A DNA stretch of 64,000 bases, from assembly GCA_021298595.1 (NCBI GenBank), contig JAJTHL010000003.1:713-64712 (forward strand). Direction: 5' to 3'. The notes beneath the pieces are model-generated. The model saw only the letters and a list, made by a program, of their open reading frames with translations, ran no database searches and had not been told where the DNA came from. Every line of letters starts with the position of its first letter. Within the stretch, counting starts at the first letter, position 1. Origin of the DNA: Alphaproteobacteria bacterium. GTDB taxonomy: Bacteria > Pseudomonadota > Alphaproteobacteria > Caedimonadales > UBA1908. Made by a program: the position numbers and the translations under genes. Positions 1-11,422 of this stretch are shown here, in pieces.

Positions 1-260
1 TCAAAAAATTCTTTGTCGCAAAAGAACACAGGGGCCAAGGACTTGGACGGCGTCTTTTTGCCACGCTTTTAAAGGGCGCTAAAAAAAGCGGGGTACAGAC
101 GGTGTACCTAGGCACCGTTGAAGGGCTGGAGGATGCGCGTCAGTTTTACCTTAAGGCCGGGTTTTCACCCATTGCACAAAGCGCCCTGCCCCTTAGTTTT
201 TCCGTTTGTTCTTTTGACACTCTGTTTTTTGGGGGACAAACTCACCATTTAAGTACCTAA
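1..260 (+). CDS. GNAT acetyltransferase, 5'-truncated by window edge
   Basis: Manual translation of frame 3: KKFFVAKEHRGQGLGRRL...VYLGT...ARQFYLKAGF...*; acetyl-CoA motif RGQGLG; TAA at 258-260. Confidence 0.8.
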   Translation, partial: KKFFVAKEHRGQGLGRRLFATLLKGAKKSGVQTVYLGTVEGLEDARQFYLKAGFSPIAQSALPLSFSVCSFDTLFFGGQTHHLST

Positions 261-284
261 GGCCCTTGATAAAGTAGCAAAGAT

Positions 285-1649
285 TTAAGGATTACGCCTA
301 TGGGATGTGACGGTATCTTCAAAACGAAACTCGACGGACTGAAGAGCCTGAACCACATAATCACCTATTTCTTGAGTTTTTTTGCCCTTTTTTGCCCCTT
401 CTAGAATGAGTACTAGAGCTTTGTTGATCCTATCCCTCTCTTCGTGGATTGGGTAGGCACTGACGATGGAGGAATTCGCACATCCTGTTTGTGCCATTAT
501 GCCTCTCATGATGCGCAGAACTTTCATGGTCTGTGCGACCTGTGGATGAAATAGCTTAAGAAGACGTTTACTAACATCAACCTGTTTTATTTGGACGAAA
601 TCTTTGAATGAATGGTCTCCAAAATAATCAATAAACTCTTCTTTTAATTCCCGCGAATAAAATTCTGCAACTCTTTCCATAAAATATGTTTGAAATATAC
701 CTGCGTCAAGAAACGTCGCTCTATGATGGCCTGACACTAAACACAATAGACGGCTACGCACATCTGGCGATTTTATCTGTTTTATAAAGTCCACAATTTC
801 TTGGCGTGGTACCCCCGCGGTTAAAGAGACAATATATTTGAAAGCCTGCATAGGGTCGCTGATTTTCCTCGTAGCCTCTTGCATTTTTTTTGAATCTACG
901 TCTTTTGTCTTAGCAATCACGTTACCGCATGAAACAACCGTTATTGCATCAGGAGTCACTAAAGACTTTTTTAAAAGATGAGGAAATTGATGCAACGTCT
1001 CAGGGGACGGCGCTTCTCCTTTTTGATCAAAATGGGTGATAAGGGCCGCAAGATCTAGAGGCGCTGCCACCTGATCCATATACGCAGGTGTCAAAAATGC
1101 TTTGATGGCACCTCGCGCCAAATCAGTACGTAAATCTAAGATCGCCTTGAACGCAACGTATCCTCCGCGCCTGACAATCTCGACCATCCGTAAATCCACA
1201 AGGGACATGACTTTTTTTGGCGCCCATCCTTCGCTCACCAGACGGTTCACAACAAAACCCATGGACGAAAATGTATCGGGAAATCTGTCCGTATTGCAAA
1301 AGACCTTCGCCACATGCCACGTATCCGTAGATTCACTATAAATCTTGTGGGTATTAATCATAAACGGTTGTAAGTCTTGACGGTCTTTAGGCGTGAGGCG
1401 CACGCCGACGCCGTAAAAAAAATCATAAAAAGGATCCGGATAGTCACCTTCTGCCCCGTAGATAAACGCCTGTTTATAATCGGCCTCTTCTAGCGTTTGG
1501 AGGGGCCCCTTTTGGCGCTGATGATCGGACGCGTGGTCATCTGCCGCGTCCTCTGTCCAAGAGCTTTGAAGGTCACTCGCCGCCAAAGGACAGGCCAACA
1601 AAAGGATCCCCAGCCATGTTAAAAAGAATAGCTTTCTAATGATCCTCAC
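285..1649 (-). CDS. Secreted hypothetical protein, module-B member of local paralog family
   Basis: 454 aa ORF, signal peptide ending LAAS; shares GxRLTP, FCNTDxFPDTF and EIxRRGGYxAFKA with the neighbouring ORF. Confidence 0.8.
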   Translation of the reverse strand: MRIIRKLFFLTWLGILLLACPLAASDLQSSWTEDAADDHASDHQRQKGPLQTLEEADYKQAFIYGAEGDYPDPFYDFFYGVGVRLTPKDRQDLQPFMINTHKIYSESTDTWHVAKVFCNTDRFPDTFSSMGFVVNRLVSEGWAPKKVMSLVDLRMVEIVRRGGYVAFKAILDLRTDLARGAIKAFLTPAYMDQVAAPLDLAALITHFDQKGEAPSPETLHQFPHLLKKSLVTPDAITVVSCGNVIAKTKDVDSKKMQEATRKISDPMQAFKYIVSLTAGVPRQEIVDFIKQIKSPDVRSRLLCLVSGHHRATFLDAGIFQTYFMERVAEFYSRELKEEFIDYFGDHSFKDFVQIKQVDVSKRLLKLFHPQVAQTMKVLRIMRGIMAQTGCANSSIVSAYPIHEERDRINKALVLILEGAKKGKKTQEIGDYVVQALQSVEFRFEDTVTSHRRNP

Positions 1650-1703
1650 CTATTATGCTGAGGTTTATAAGGCAAGATCTTACTCCCATTAACCTCATCT
1701 TTC

Positions 1704-3432
1704 TTAGTAGCCCCCTGTATAAAACGCGTGGGCCGTCGTGTACGACGCATAAGTGCTTCTGGGGGTTGCTTTATAAGAAAGCGTTCCTTCCCTCTCTCTT
1801 TTGAGAAAAACGAGGAAATTTCGTTCATAAAGGTCCAGGTCAGGGTTATAGTCGGCGCCCTCCTCAAGCGCTTCAATAAAACCTAACGCGTCTTTGGGTG
1901 TCATAAGGACGCCGTTCTCAAAATGTAACACAAGTTTTTTTGCGATCCTTGCGGCTAAAAACACATCATCTATACCAGCTAGCGTTTCTAGGACCTGTTT
2001 TTCTTGTCCACTGGTTAGTTCTAAAAATGATTCCTTTTGACAAAGTTGCATCAAAAGGATCTTCATCTCTTCGTCTTCAATGGTCTCGAGGATAAGACGC
2101 AAATCTTCACGCAGCACTGGTGCCATTTTACAAGACGCCTCGGGCCCATCACGGCGTTCAAGCGCCGCTTTTAAATAGGCCCCTCGTTCCTCCAACGTCG
2201 GCAGAAGACTGAGGGCCTTGATGAGGGGCGGCAAGACCTCTTCGACATCCTCGCGCCCCTGGAAAATGGGAGAGAGCAGATTCCCAAACTCTTCCCGGAT
2301 GCTTTTGTCTAAAACAAGAGAATAAGCGCGTTCAACCTGAGAGAACATCACCTTAAAAAGACATTGAGCTATGCGATCCATTCGATCGAAATAACTATCC
2401 GTAGACACCTTCTTAAAATGCGCGAGGAGTGCTTCTTGCAGCTCATAGGAATACACATCGGCAAAAGCAGGCAGCAGATTTCCTTCAAAATTTCCCACTG
2501 TTGAAAAAGCACGCTGATTCTCTGCTGTGAAAAATTGCATGACGCGAGCGCGGACATGGTCTGAGGGAAGACGCTCTAAAAGATAGGTCAAAACTGATGG
2601 AGAGTAGCTATTCACAATCTCTGGTGTGAGATGTGCAAGGATATGATTTCGTATTCGTTCATTTTTAACACTATGTTGTAAGTCATAAGCCCAGCTCTCC
2701 GGAAGTGTCTCCAGGGTGTAAGGTTGATACATAGAAGGCGCCGTGACACAAGACACAAAGGGCTTTTTCACAAGGGTTGGAAATTGATCCAATGTGGCAA
2801 GGCTCGGGGTTTCTCCTCCGTGGGCCAAGTGAGTGACAAGGGCGCCCAGATCCAGAGAGACAGCCTCTTGATCTAAGTACGTGGGGGACAGCGTTTCCTT
2901 GATACCGGCAAGGGTGACTGGGTTTTCCAAATCCACAAGGGCTTTGAAGGCCCCGTACCCACCGCGTCTTGTAATTTCCACAAGGCGCTGACCTACAAAC
3001 GAGAGCAAGTTTTCTTCTTTGTATCCCTCATTTACAAGGCGGCTGACAATATATGTCAGCGTCGCAAACGTGTCGGGAAAGACGTCCGTATTACAAAAAG
3101 CCTCCACCACAATCCGCACGGTCATGTAATCACTATAGGGGTAATGACTTTTGATCATATGATGTTGAAAGGCTGCACGCTCTTCGGGGGTTAGGCGTAG
3201 GCCAAAACCATCAACGATCGCACTAAAAGGACCCAAGGGGTTCTGTCGCCGTTCCAGTGCACGCCCCCCAGGGATCGTCTTCATCCAAGACCTTGATGGG
3301 GGGCGCGTTGTTCGCAGATCTCTGCACCGTGGACGTGGTTGCCTGCGTCAATGATTCCTTTTCAGAACTTGCCTGAAGGGGGCCCATCAACAAGAAAATA
3401 CCCACACATGTTGAGCTTAAAAGGATTTTCAT
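1704..3432 (-). pseudogene. Secreted hypothetical paralog (module B), split by one extra base near 3230-3270
   Basis: AGGAG RBS + MKILL signal-peptide ORF (ATG 3432) stops at 3223; the body continues in the +1 frame (1704..3284); the joined ~575 aa product aligns with 285..1649. Confidence 0.7.
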
Positions 3433-3458
3433 AAAGATTCTCCTGATGTAAAAATTCA

Positions 3459-5561
3459 TTACTTTATATTATAAAAGTAGGTAAAGCAAACACGTAACGC
3501 ATACGACCAATTAAACAATGAACCATGTTCTTCATCATATTTTGAGGACTGTTCTTTTACGGCATCTTGAAATGAAGTTTTAGTAACTTGCTTTATGAAA
3601 TCACAGAACTCTTCATCTTTTTTTTGTGTTTGCAAAAGCACAAAACTTCTCAAAACTCCCATTGTAACGGGGCCGTAATGATCCAACAGATCTTGATCAA
3701 TGAATCCCATGGTTCGTAGTCGACTTTCCTTGTCAGGAAAGTATGTTAACGCAAGAAGAAGACGCTCAACAAGGACAGGTGAAGAGCAATCTTTGATCTC
3801 TCTATAGAAGCCTTCTTTAAGGCATGCCATCATTTGAGACAGAATTTTTGGATTCTCTGTCGCAAAGGTTGTCGCGTAAATCATCCTTAAAAACAAGGCA
3901 ATCTCTTGCGGTGTCCCAAGGCCGCCCAGGGCCAATGCCGTCTCTTCGGTTGCAAACGGCTGAAAAGCTTCTTTAACTTCTGGCTTTGAAATCGTATCAA
4001 TAAGGGTCTTGATAAGTGTGGCGGGGTCGCGCTGTGAAACGTGGACGCAACGTTCAATGAACGTTCTGATATGCTTACTGGCAACAAGGGTCGTACAAGC
4101 GGCATCCTTTAAGATCGTGACAAAGTATGCAAAAATCTCCGGATCGTTTACCTGCTCTACTAATGTGCTCATGACACCTAGAAGATTAACAACACAGTGA
4201 GAATGTTCAAGCCCTTTCATGGTGAAACGACCCTCGTCAGGTGTCCCAACGCTTAGGCGCATTCTTATTCTCTCATCTGGTATTGTCTCCACAATCGTCT
4301 TAAAAATCTGTTCTGGTGTGGCCTCTTTCAAAGCACTATAACGATCTATGAACGACATAAAAAAGGGACTTCTAACATGATAAGAATCTAAAGCAATGTT
4401 ACCGGTTAAAGGAAACTGACCAATTTCTTCATGATTTTCTCGCCATGCTTTGATAAAATGTGAAACGTCTTCCGTCATATCATCACAAATATGCTTTTTT
4501 AGGTGATCGCACCAATACGAGGCGTTTTGGATGTTGAGGAGAAGCGTCGCCGGCCATACATCTGGATTAGGGGGAGACACAAAACCCATGTCCCACACAA
4601 CATCTTTGCTCAGTTGACTTCTTATATACGATTTTTGCAAAGAGATTCTGTGCGCCTCATCGGGAACCTTTCTGAAAAAATCTATTTGTTCCAAGCATTT
4701 AAACAATAGGTATCTGTGGTGGAAGTTTTCCCTCACGATCGCAGCGTAACGACATAATTGTGCCCTGACTTGGTCATTTTCTACTGCCGCAAGAGACTGT
4801 ACTGCTTTTTTTAAATAATCAGCAGACCAGGTTAGGCGATAGCTTGGTAAAATGGTGCGACTTAGTTCTTCACGGGTTTTTTGTCTAGGTATCAATTCAA
4901 GAAGTCTTTCAAAATCATATGGTGTACAATCAGGCCTTAAAGAAAGGTGATTCTCTGGATAAAGACTCTCCACATCTTCGTAGGGATCTGCTGATAAAAG
5001 CTCTAGGTTTTTTGCCTTTTTTAAGTGCATTACCCGCGTCATCGTAAATCCCAAGTGAGGATTACTGATGGGAAGGGTTTGCAAAACAAGGCTCGCGTGA
5101 GATGTGATGGGAAAAACATGGGTGCGCGCTCCGCCACAAAACGGATCCCACCGATAATCATAAGAAACCCTGTCATTGGACAAAGTTATTTGTCCCAAAA
5201 CAGAAGAATTATCTGGGTCCCTCACGAACTTCATCACAAAACTCGATGTACGTGGCCCAACTTCCTGGAAATTATTGTGCTTCTCTGGAAAGTCAGAAAA
5301 ACGGCGAAGTAAGCCTGTAATAAAGACGAGTTTACCCTCACGAACCATGCCAGCGATTTCTTTTGAGTCCTCCATACAAGGAGGGTGGGAAATATGCGTA
5401 CCAGGGTGGGTGAGCTGACGATGGAACTCTCGTTCAGTGCTTGTTGTGGCGTAATATGGAGGGTTTATAAAATCCTTCTCGCCCTCAGAGGTCACGCTTG
5501 CCAAGCAAACACCGTGTATGAGGAAGAAAAAACCACTAGTTCTTAGAAAACGACTCATCAT
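3459..5561 (-). CDS. Secreted hypothetical protein, module-A member of local paralog family
   Basis: 700 aa, signal peptide ending CLAS; WDPF, NPxxGxTMTR, RAQLxRY, LQKSxI and YWC motifs shared with the 6454..9024 ORF. Confidence 0.8.
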   Translation of the reverse strand: MMSRFLRTSGFFFLIHGVCLASVTSEGEKDFINPPYYATTSTEREFHRQLTHPGTHISHPPCMEDSKEIAGMVREGKLVFITGLLRRFSDFPEKHNNFQEVGPRTSSFVMKFVRDPDNSSVLGQITLSNDRVSYDYRWDPFCGGARTHVFPITSHASLVLQTLPISNPHLGFTMTRVMHLKKAKNLELLSADPYEDVESLYPENHLSLRPDCTPYDFERLLELIPRQKTREELSRTILPSYRLTWSADYLKKAVQSLAAVENDQVRAQLCRYAAIVRENFHHRYLLFKCLEQIDFFRKVPDEAHRISLQKSYIRSQLSKDVVWDMGFVSPPNPDVWPATLLLNIQNASYWCDHLKKHICDDMTEDVSHFIKAWRENHEEIGQFPLTGNIALDSYHVRSPFFMSFIDRYSALKEATPEQIFKTIVETIPDERIRMRLSVGTPDEGRFTMKGLEHSHCVVNLLGVMSTLVEQVNDPEIFAYFVTILKDAACTTLVASKHIRTFIERCVHVSQRDPATLIKTLIDTISKPEVKEAFQPFATEETALALGGLGTPQEIALFLRMIYATTFATENPKILSQMMACLKEGFYREIKDCSSPVLVERLLLALTYFPDKESRLRTMGFIDQDLLDHYGPVTMGVLRSFVLLQTQKKDEEFCDFIKQVTKTSFQDAVKEQSSKYDEEHGSLFNWSYALRVCFTYFYNIK

Positions 5562-5610
5562 TATCTTTCCTCTTAATTGTTTACTTTTGGATCACTGGTG
5601 AAAAAACCCT

Positions 5611-8600
5611 TCAATACCCATATCCTTGGAAGCCAGGGTGGGTACCGTACGTACGTCGTGTCGGCACGCTGAGGCTGGGCAAAGAAGTCATTCTAAAGAT
5701 AAGGTCACGCCGTGCATCCTTAAAACTCAAATTAGTAAAACAATCAGATTCTTTGTCTTCAAGACGGGCTTTTATAAGCATAAAGAAATCTTCGACACTT
5801 TGGATTTGTCTTTTAACGCTTGCATCTTCAAGGCACGCATTAATGTCTTTGATACAGAATGGATCATTAAGGGCCATAAGGGCTTTTACAACTTCTGGCG
5901 CCCGCTCGCCCGCAACCTTTAACACTTGAGGGTTTTGACAAAAGTGCACAACAACTTGTTGAATGTCTGGATCCTCGATGCTGGCAACGAGATCCCTCAA
6001 ATCTTCCCTCACAGTCGATGCGAGTGATGGGAGCGCAGTCAAGGAAAGTTCCCCTTGGGTGACTAGCTCCATAAAGGACGTTTGCGCCTCGTGGGTTGGA
6101 AGGCCAGAGACATATCTGACCAGTGCTGGCAAAAGAAGCTGCGCGCCTTCTTGTGAACACAAAGACTGCGGCACAAGAGCGCCAAGACGCACTCTGTCTT
6201 CCCGTGACGGGATAAATCCAAACGCCCTTAAAAGCCCCCTAAATAAAAGGGGTCGATGTTCAAGAAGATCTCCGTCAAGTAACGCGATTTCCTTTAGCAA
6301 GGGTGCGCTCATGCCAAGCTCTCTGAGGTCCATAAGAATTTTCATGTGCGCCGTAGACCAAGATCTATTCTTAAAAAGTGATAGGGACCATAAAAGTCGT
6401 GCCCCCTCAAAACCCTCGATCCCTACCTTAGCTACGGTATTCGCGATTTCTTGTTATAAGATTGGATCCTCTATCTCTGCCAAAAGTTGAACCAAACCTC
6501 CATTTAGAATGTCCCCTGTGCTTTTAAACAGTGACGGTGTTAAAAGGCGCATGACACGACCTCGAACCTCTGAATTTTCTATACATTTCAATTGAGTAAA
6601 GAGTGTCCCGCAACCATCCATTCTAAGGACTTCTAAGCATTCGGTTGTGAGGGACGCCATAAAGTGCTCTCGGAACTCTTGCGTTTCCTTGGGAAGATAA
6701 AAGCTATAAGGTGTAGGAAGTTGCCCGACTGTAATGCCGGAGAGAACTGGCGTCTCTTGTAAAGGTTGTCTCTGTGCGCGCATATCAGAATAATCTTGAG
6801 GATTTTCAATGAGTGCTGCCAAATAACGACGACGGGAACCTTGATCTGGCAGCGCCGCCAAATGCGCAATCAGTTTTTCAAAAGCAAATTGCTTCCCAAG
6901 TTTCTTGAGGGTTTCAACATCAAGCAGTTCTTTGATTTGCAGAGGCGTTTCTGTCTCTTTAATGCCTCCCAGGGTTTTCAAAGCAGGATACCCCCCATAA
7001 TGGCATAGACTAAGCGTGACTTCATCAAGACAGTCGATAACTGTGCTGCTATTGCCCTCCCTTCTTATACGTTCTATTGCATACGTAATCGCATTCAGAC
7101 CATCTAAGGTCGCCTCTTTGTGGTAAAGAAAGGAGACCAAATCCTCAGGTGACAACTTATTAAAACTGTTGTAGGGCGTTTGCCTGGCGTAAGTTTTAAG
7201 CTTTTCCAGCTCTTCAGCCGAGTATCTCAAGTCTGAAGCCTCAATCACTGACAAAAGTTGCCCCACGGAGTGGTCTTTCATGGACATCTCAGGGGTCAGT
7301 CTTCCTGTTCCACAAAGAATATATGTCCCACCACGTCGTGCAGTAGGAAAGCGCATCGACGTGTTTTGAGCAGAAGATGATGAAGATGATGCATCTCTTC
7401 CTATATCTGTCGGACTCTTGGGATAAACACCTATATTTTCAGAGGGCATCAAAGATGTGATGATGCTTTCAATAGGGGCGTTTTTGCCCGTTTGGAGCAA
7501 CTTCTTATAAAACCCGTCCACAAGAAATCCCATGCTACGCTCTGCTCTATCTTCACTTGGATTCTGGGAAAGGATGGCCGACATCACGCGTACGAACATC
7601 CCGGCTTTTTGGGGCTTCTCAAGGCCGCCAAGTTCATTTTCTCTTTCCGGTGTGCCAAAGGGCGATAAGGCAAGACGAATTTTTTCATCAGAGATTGCCT
7701 CAAGTAGCGCCTTCAGCGTTTCGCGAGCGGTCGCAGACGTCAACTTTGCGTAGGCTTCAAGGGCACGCTTAAGGTAAGGAGATTTCAAGCATTGCACGTA
7801 CATCGCAATGTTATGAGTCCTCTCTATCTCAGTGGGAAAAGGAGTTTTTCCTAAGGCAACTGTGGTAAAGCTCTTGGCGCGCTCCACATTAACTTCAGAA
7901 ATAGGACGCATCAAGGAAGGGCACCAATAAGGCGCATCTTCAGCCCGGATCATAAAAGGCATGGGAAAGTGCGTGACCTCTGGTGCCTTGATAAAAACGA
8001 TATCTATTGAGGGAACTGCTGTCGCAAGCACACCCTTAATACGTGATTTTTGCAAAGCAATTCTGGCAGACTGATCTTCAATATCTGCAAAAGTAGGAAT
8101 CTCCTTCAAGAGACTCACTGCAAAGTCTCCCTCAGCATTCTGAGCAATCACATCAACGTAGCGACTGAGTTGCGCCCGCATTTGACCATCTTTGATCAAG
8201 GCAAGTTGGCCGACCGCCTCCTTTAAAAAGTCCTTTGACGCCAGTAAAAGATTATTTGTAGACATTAAGCGACGAAGATCTTGCCGCAAAGACTCGTTAG
8301 AGACTTGACTCAAAAGTTCTTCAAAATAAAGTATTTGAGACTTGTCTACTGTTAATGATGACATTGTAGGGTGGCTTGCCTCCTCTTGATCTAGAAGATC
8401 AAGACCCTTGGGTAATACCAGGCGCCGAAGACGTGTCATGGTAGAGCCCACTCTAGGGTTGTCAAAAGGAATTGTATGTAAACTAAGGGTATCTCCTTCT
8501 CCAAGAGGAATTGTTTTAGAAGACCACGTGTGAGAAAACGGATCCCATGTACCCTTATATTGATGCAGCAGAGTTTCGTTATCTTGGGTTAGTTCTGGAA

Positions 8601-8991
8601 GTAACAGGACAAGGCTTCCCATGATACGGGGGCCATTATCTGACACCGTCGGAACCAAAGCTATACTCAAAAAACAATTGACGGGTAAAGAATTAATAAA
8701 TTGTGCAGCGGCCCTTTCACCACCTTCAAGCTCGTTTTGAATACCTACTGCTTTGCATATTGGTCCATTTTTTTCAAACACAACATATGCCTCACCCGCA
8801 AGTGGCACATGAGGAAAATGGCCCAATTTTTTTAAGTATTCACTAAAAATTGCTTCACTCTTTCCCGAACTTGTAGCAATTGGTTTCCCCTCGTGTTCTT
8901 GCGTCCAGTCGTGTGACGACCCACAGACCCTTAACCAAGGACTAGCCAAAAGACCTAGGCAAAAAACTGTTGAAAGTAAGCGATTTTTCAT
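5611..8991 (-). pseudogene. Large secreted paralog (module A + poly-Ser linker + module B) interrupted by one in-frame TAA at 6454-6456
   Basis: The 856 aa and 244 aa ORFs are in the same frame; the 36 codons between them are open; likely start MKNRLL at 8991. Confidence 0.75.
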
Positions 8992-9214
8992 GCGACCCTT
9001 CTTTTGTTCCCTTACCGCTAGCATCCTTTTTCTCTCTCAACAAGAATCAATTTTACTTAAATATTTCCTTTTTTGTTTTCAAATGACTGTGTAGTTTTCT
9101 GTCTTGAACGTTACGAGAAAACCGCCTAAAAGATTAAAAACAAAATATCTTTTTTACATGCATTTTTCTGAAGCACCCGCTTGATTAAAGGGAGCACCCT
9201 CGCTACCATAAGGG

Positions 9215-9385
9215 CGCTTAGACGGTGCATTCGGACTTTTCCGCGTGCGTAATAAGGGAATTCGGTGCGAAACCGAAGCTGCCCCCGCAACTGTAAGCGG
9301 CGAGTTTTGGAGGGATATGCCACTGGGAAACTGGGAAGGCCCTTCCATATACCATGACCCGCAAGCCAGGAGACCTACCGACTCG
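9215..9385 (+). ncRNA. Cobalamin (AdoCbl) riboswitch
   Basis: Conserved blocks AAGGGAAttCGGTGcgAAaCCG, CTGCCCCCGCAACTGTAA, GCCACTG..GGGAAGG and AGCCAGGAGACCT; lies upstream of a B12-independent RNR; ends approximate. Confidence 0.95.
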
Positions 9386-9494
9386 AAGCATCAATTTCGT
9401 AACACCGGGCGGGGTGCACCGAGTGTCAAAGGGGACTCTTTTACCTTTTTGTCACCAAATGCACACCCGCCTTCAAGAAAAGGAGGGTTTCTTG

Positions 9495-11404
9495 ATGCTG
9501 ACCAATGCCTATGACTTTGACCAACATGGTCACTTAATTCACTTTGATCCCATGGGGGGGGTGGTGCCTTTTCCCCAAAAAAACCACAACAAACAGAAAC
9601 CACGCGCGCGCGCCCTACCCTTGATCCCCGTCAAATTACTTTGGATCATGGCCGTGACGGGCTTTTGACCGACTTTGGCAAACAAACCCTAGAGGATCGC
9701 TATCTTTTGGAAGGCGAGCGTTACCAAGACCTGTTTGCGAGGGTTGCGTGCGCGTACGCTGATTCCCAAGCCCACGCCCAGCGTCTTTATGATTATATCT
9801 CGCGTTTATGGTTCATGCCGGCCACCCCCATTTTGTCCAATGGCGGGGCGGGTCGCGGCCTTCCGATTTCCTGCTTTCTTAATACCGTTGCAGATTCCCT
9901 CGACGGCATTGTCACCACTTGGAATGAAAATGTCCTTCTTGCCTCCAACGGTGGAGGCATTGGCACCTATTGGGGCAATGTGCGGGGCGTGGGTGAGGCC
10001 ATTGGACGTGCCGGCAAAACGTCTGGCATTATCCCCTTTGTGCGTGTGATGGACTCACTGACCTTGGCCATTTCCCAAGGATCCCTAAGACGTGGGTCCG
10101 CAGCCGTCTATCTTGATATTCATCATCCAGAAATTGAAGAGTTTTTAGAGATCCGGAAACCTTCTGGCGATTTTAACCGCAAAAGCCTGAACTTGCACCA
10201 CGGCATCGCCATCACCGATACTTTTATGGAGGCTGTGCGGGATGACAAACCCTTTGATCTTTTGTCCCCTAAAACCAAGGAGCCTGTAGGGCGTGTTCAA
10301 GCACGCGTCCTGTTTCAAAAAATCCTCGAGATGCGCCTCCAAACAGGTGAGCCTTATTTGATTTTTATTGACACCGCCAACAAGCACCTTGCCAAGCACC
10401 AAAAGGATTTGGGCCTTCGCATTCAAATGAGCAATCTGTGTAGCGAGATTCTTTTACCCACAGGACGCGATCACCTTGGTAAAGACCGCACGGCCGTGTG
10501 TTGCCTCTCTTCCCTTAACGCCGAGACTTGGGACGAATGGAAGGACGATCCTCTTTTTATCGAAGACGTTTTTCGTTTTCTTGATAATGTGTTAGAAGAG
10601 TTTATCGAGACCGCCCCCAAGGGGATGGCGCGCGCGGTTTACTCCGCCAAGCGCGAGCGTTCTGTGGGCCTTGGCCTTATGGGGTTTCACTCGCTTTTGC
10701 AAAAGAAAAATATCCCCTTTGAAAGCGCGCTTGCAAAATCCTGGAACCTAAAAATTTTCAGACATATCCGGCGCGCAGCAGACGCCGCCTCCGTGGCCCT
10801 TGCCAAAGAAAAAGGTGCGTGCCTTGATGCCAAGGACCAAAATGTGCTTGCGAGGTTTAGTCACAAGCTTGCCGTTGCCCCCACCGCCTCCATCAGCATC
10901 ATTTGCGGCGGGACGTCGGCCTGTATTGAACCCATTCCCGCAAACCTTTATAATCACAAAACTTTATCGGGTCATACGGTTGTGAAAAACCCCTATCTTG
11001 AGCGTCTTCTTAGGAAAAAGGGACTAGACAACGACGAGATTTGGGAATCCATCACCCAGCACGAAGGCTCCGTCCAACACCTGAGTGAGCTTACTCCCCA
11101 CGAGAAGATGGTTTTTAAAACTGCCTTTGAGATTGATCAGCGCTGGCTTATTGAGTTTGCGGCTGACAGGGCGCCTTTTATCTGTCAAGGACAATCCTTG
11201 AATCTATTCCTGCCTGCCGACATCCATAAATGGGATCTGTTGATGCTTCATTGGCAGGCCTGGGAAAAGGGTGTGAAAAGTCTTTATTATTGCCGCTCTA
11301 AATCCTTACAACGCGCCGAATTTGCCGGTAAGAAAAAAGACGTTGGCGCTGAGGACACGGAACAAACAACCACTAACTATGACGAGTGTCTTGCTTGTCA
11401 ATAA
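9495..11404 (+). CDS. nrdA: Ribonucleotide reductase class Ia alpha subunit, no ATP-cone; RBS-led start at 9495 is out of frame with the main ORF (9641..11404)
   Basis: PATPIL, PISCF, SNLCSEI, APTASIS, SLYYCRS and C-terminal ECLACQ; AGGAGG at 9481-9486 precedes ATG 9495. Confidence 0.92.
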
Positions 11405-11422
11405 CCCATAAGGGAGCACACC

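Noticed and set aside
6454-6456. Alternative genetic code (TAA reassigned)
   Set aside because: TAA terminates conserved genes normally here (nrdA, nrdB, hslU, rpmE)
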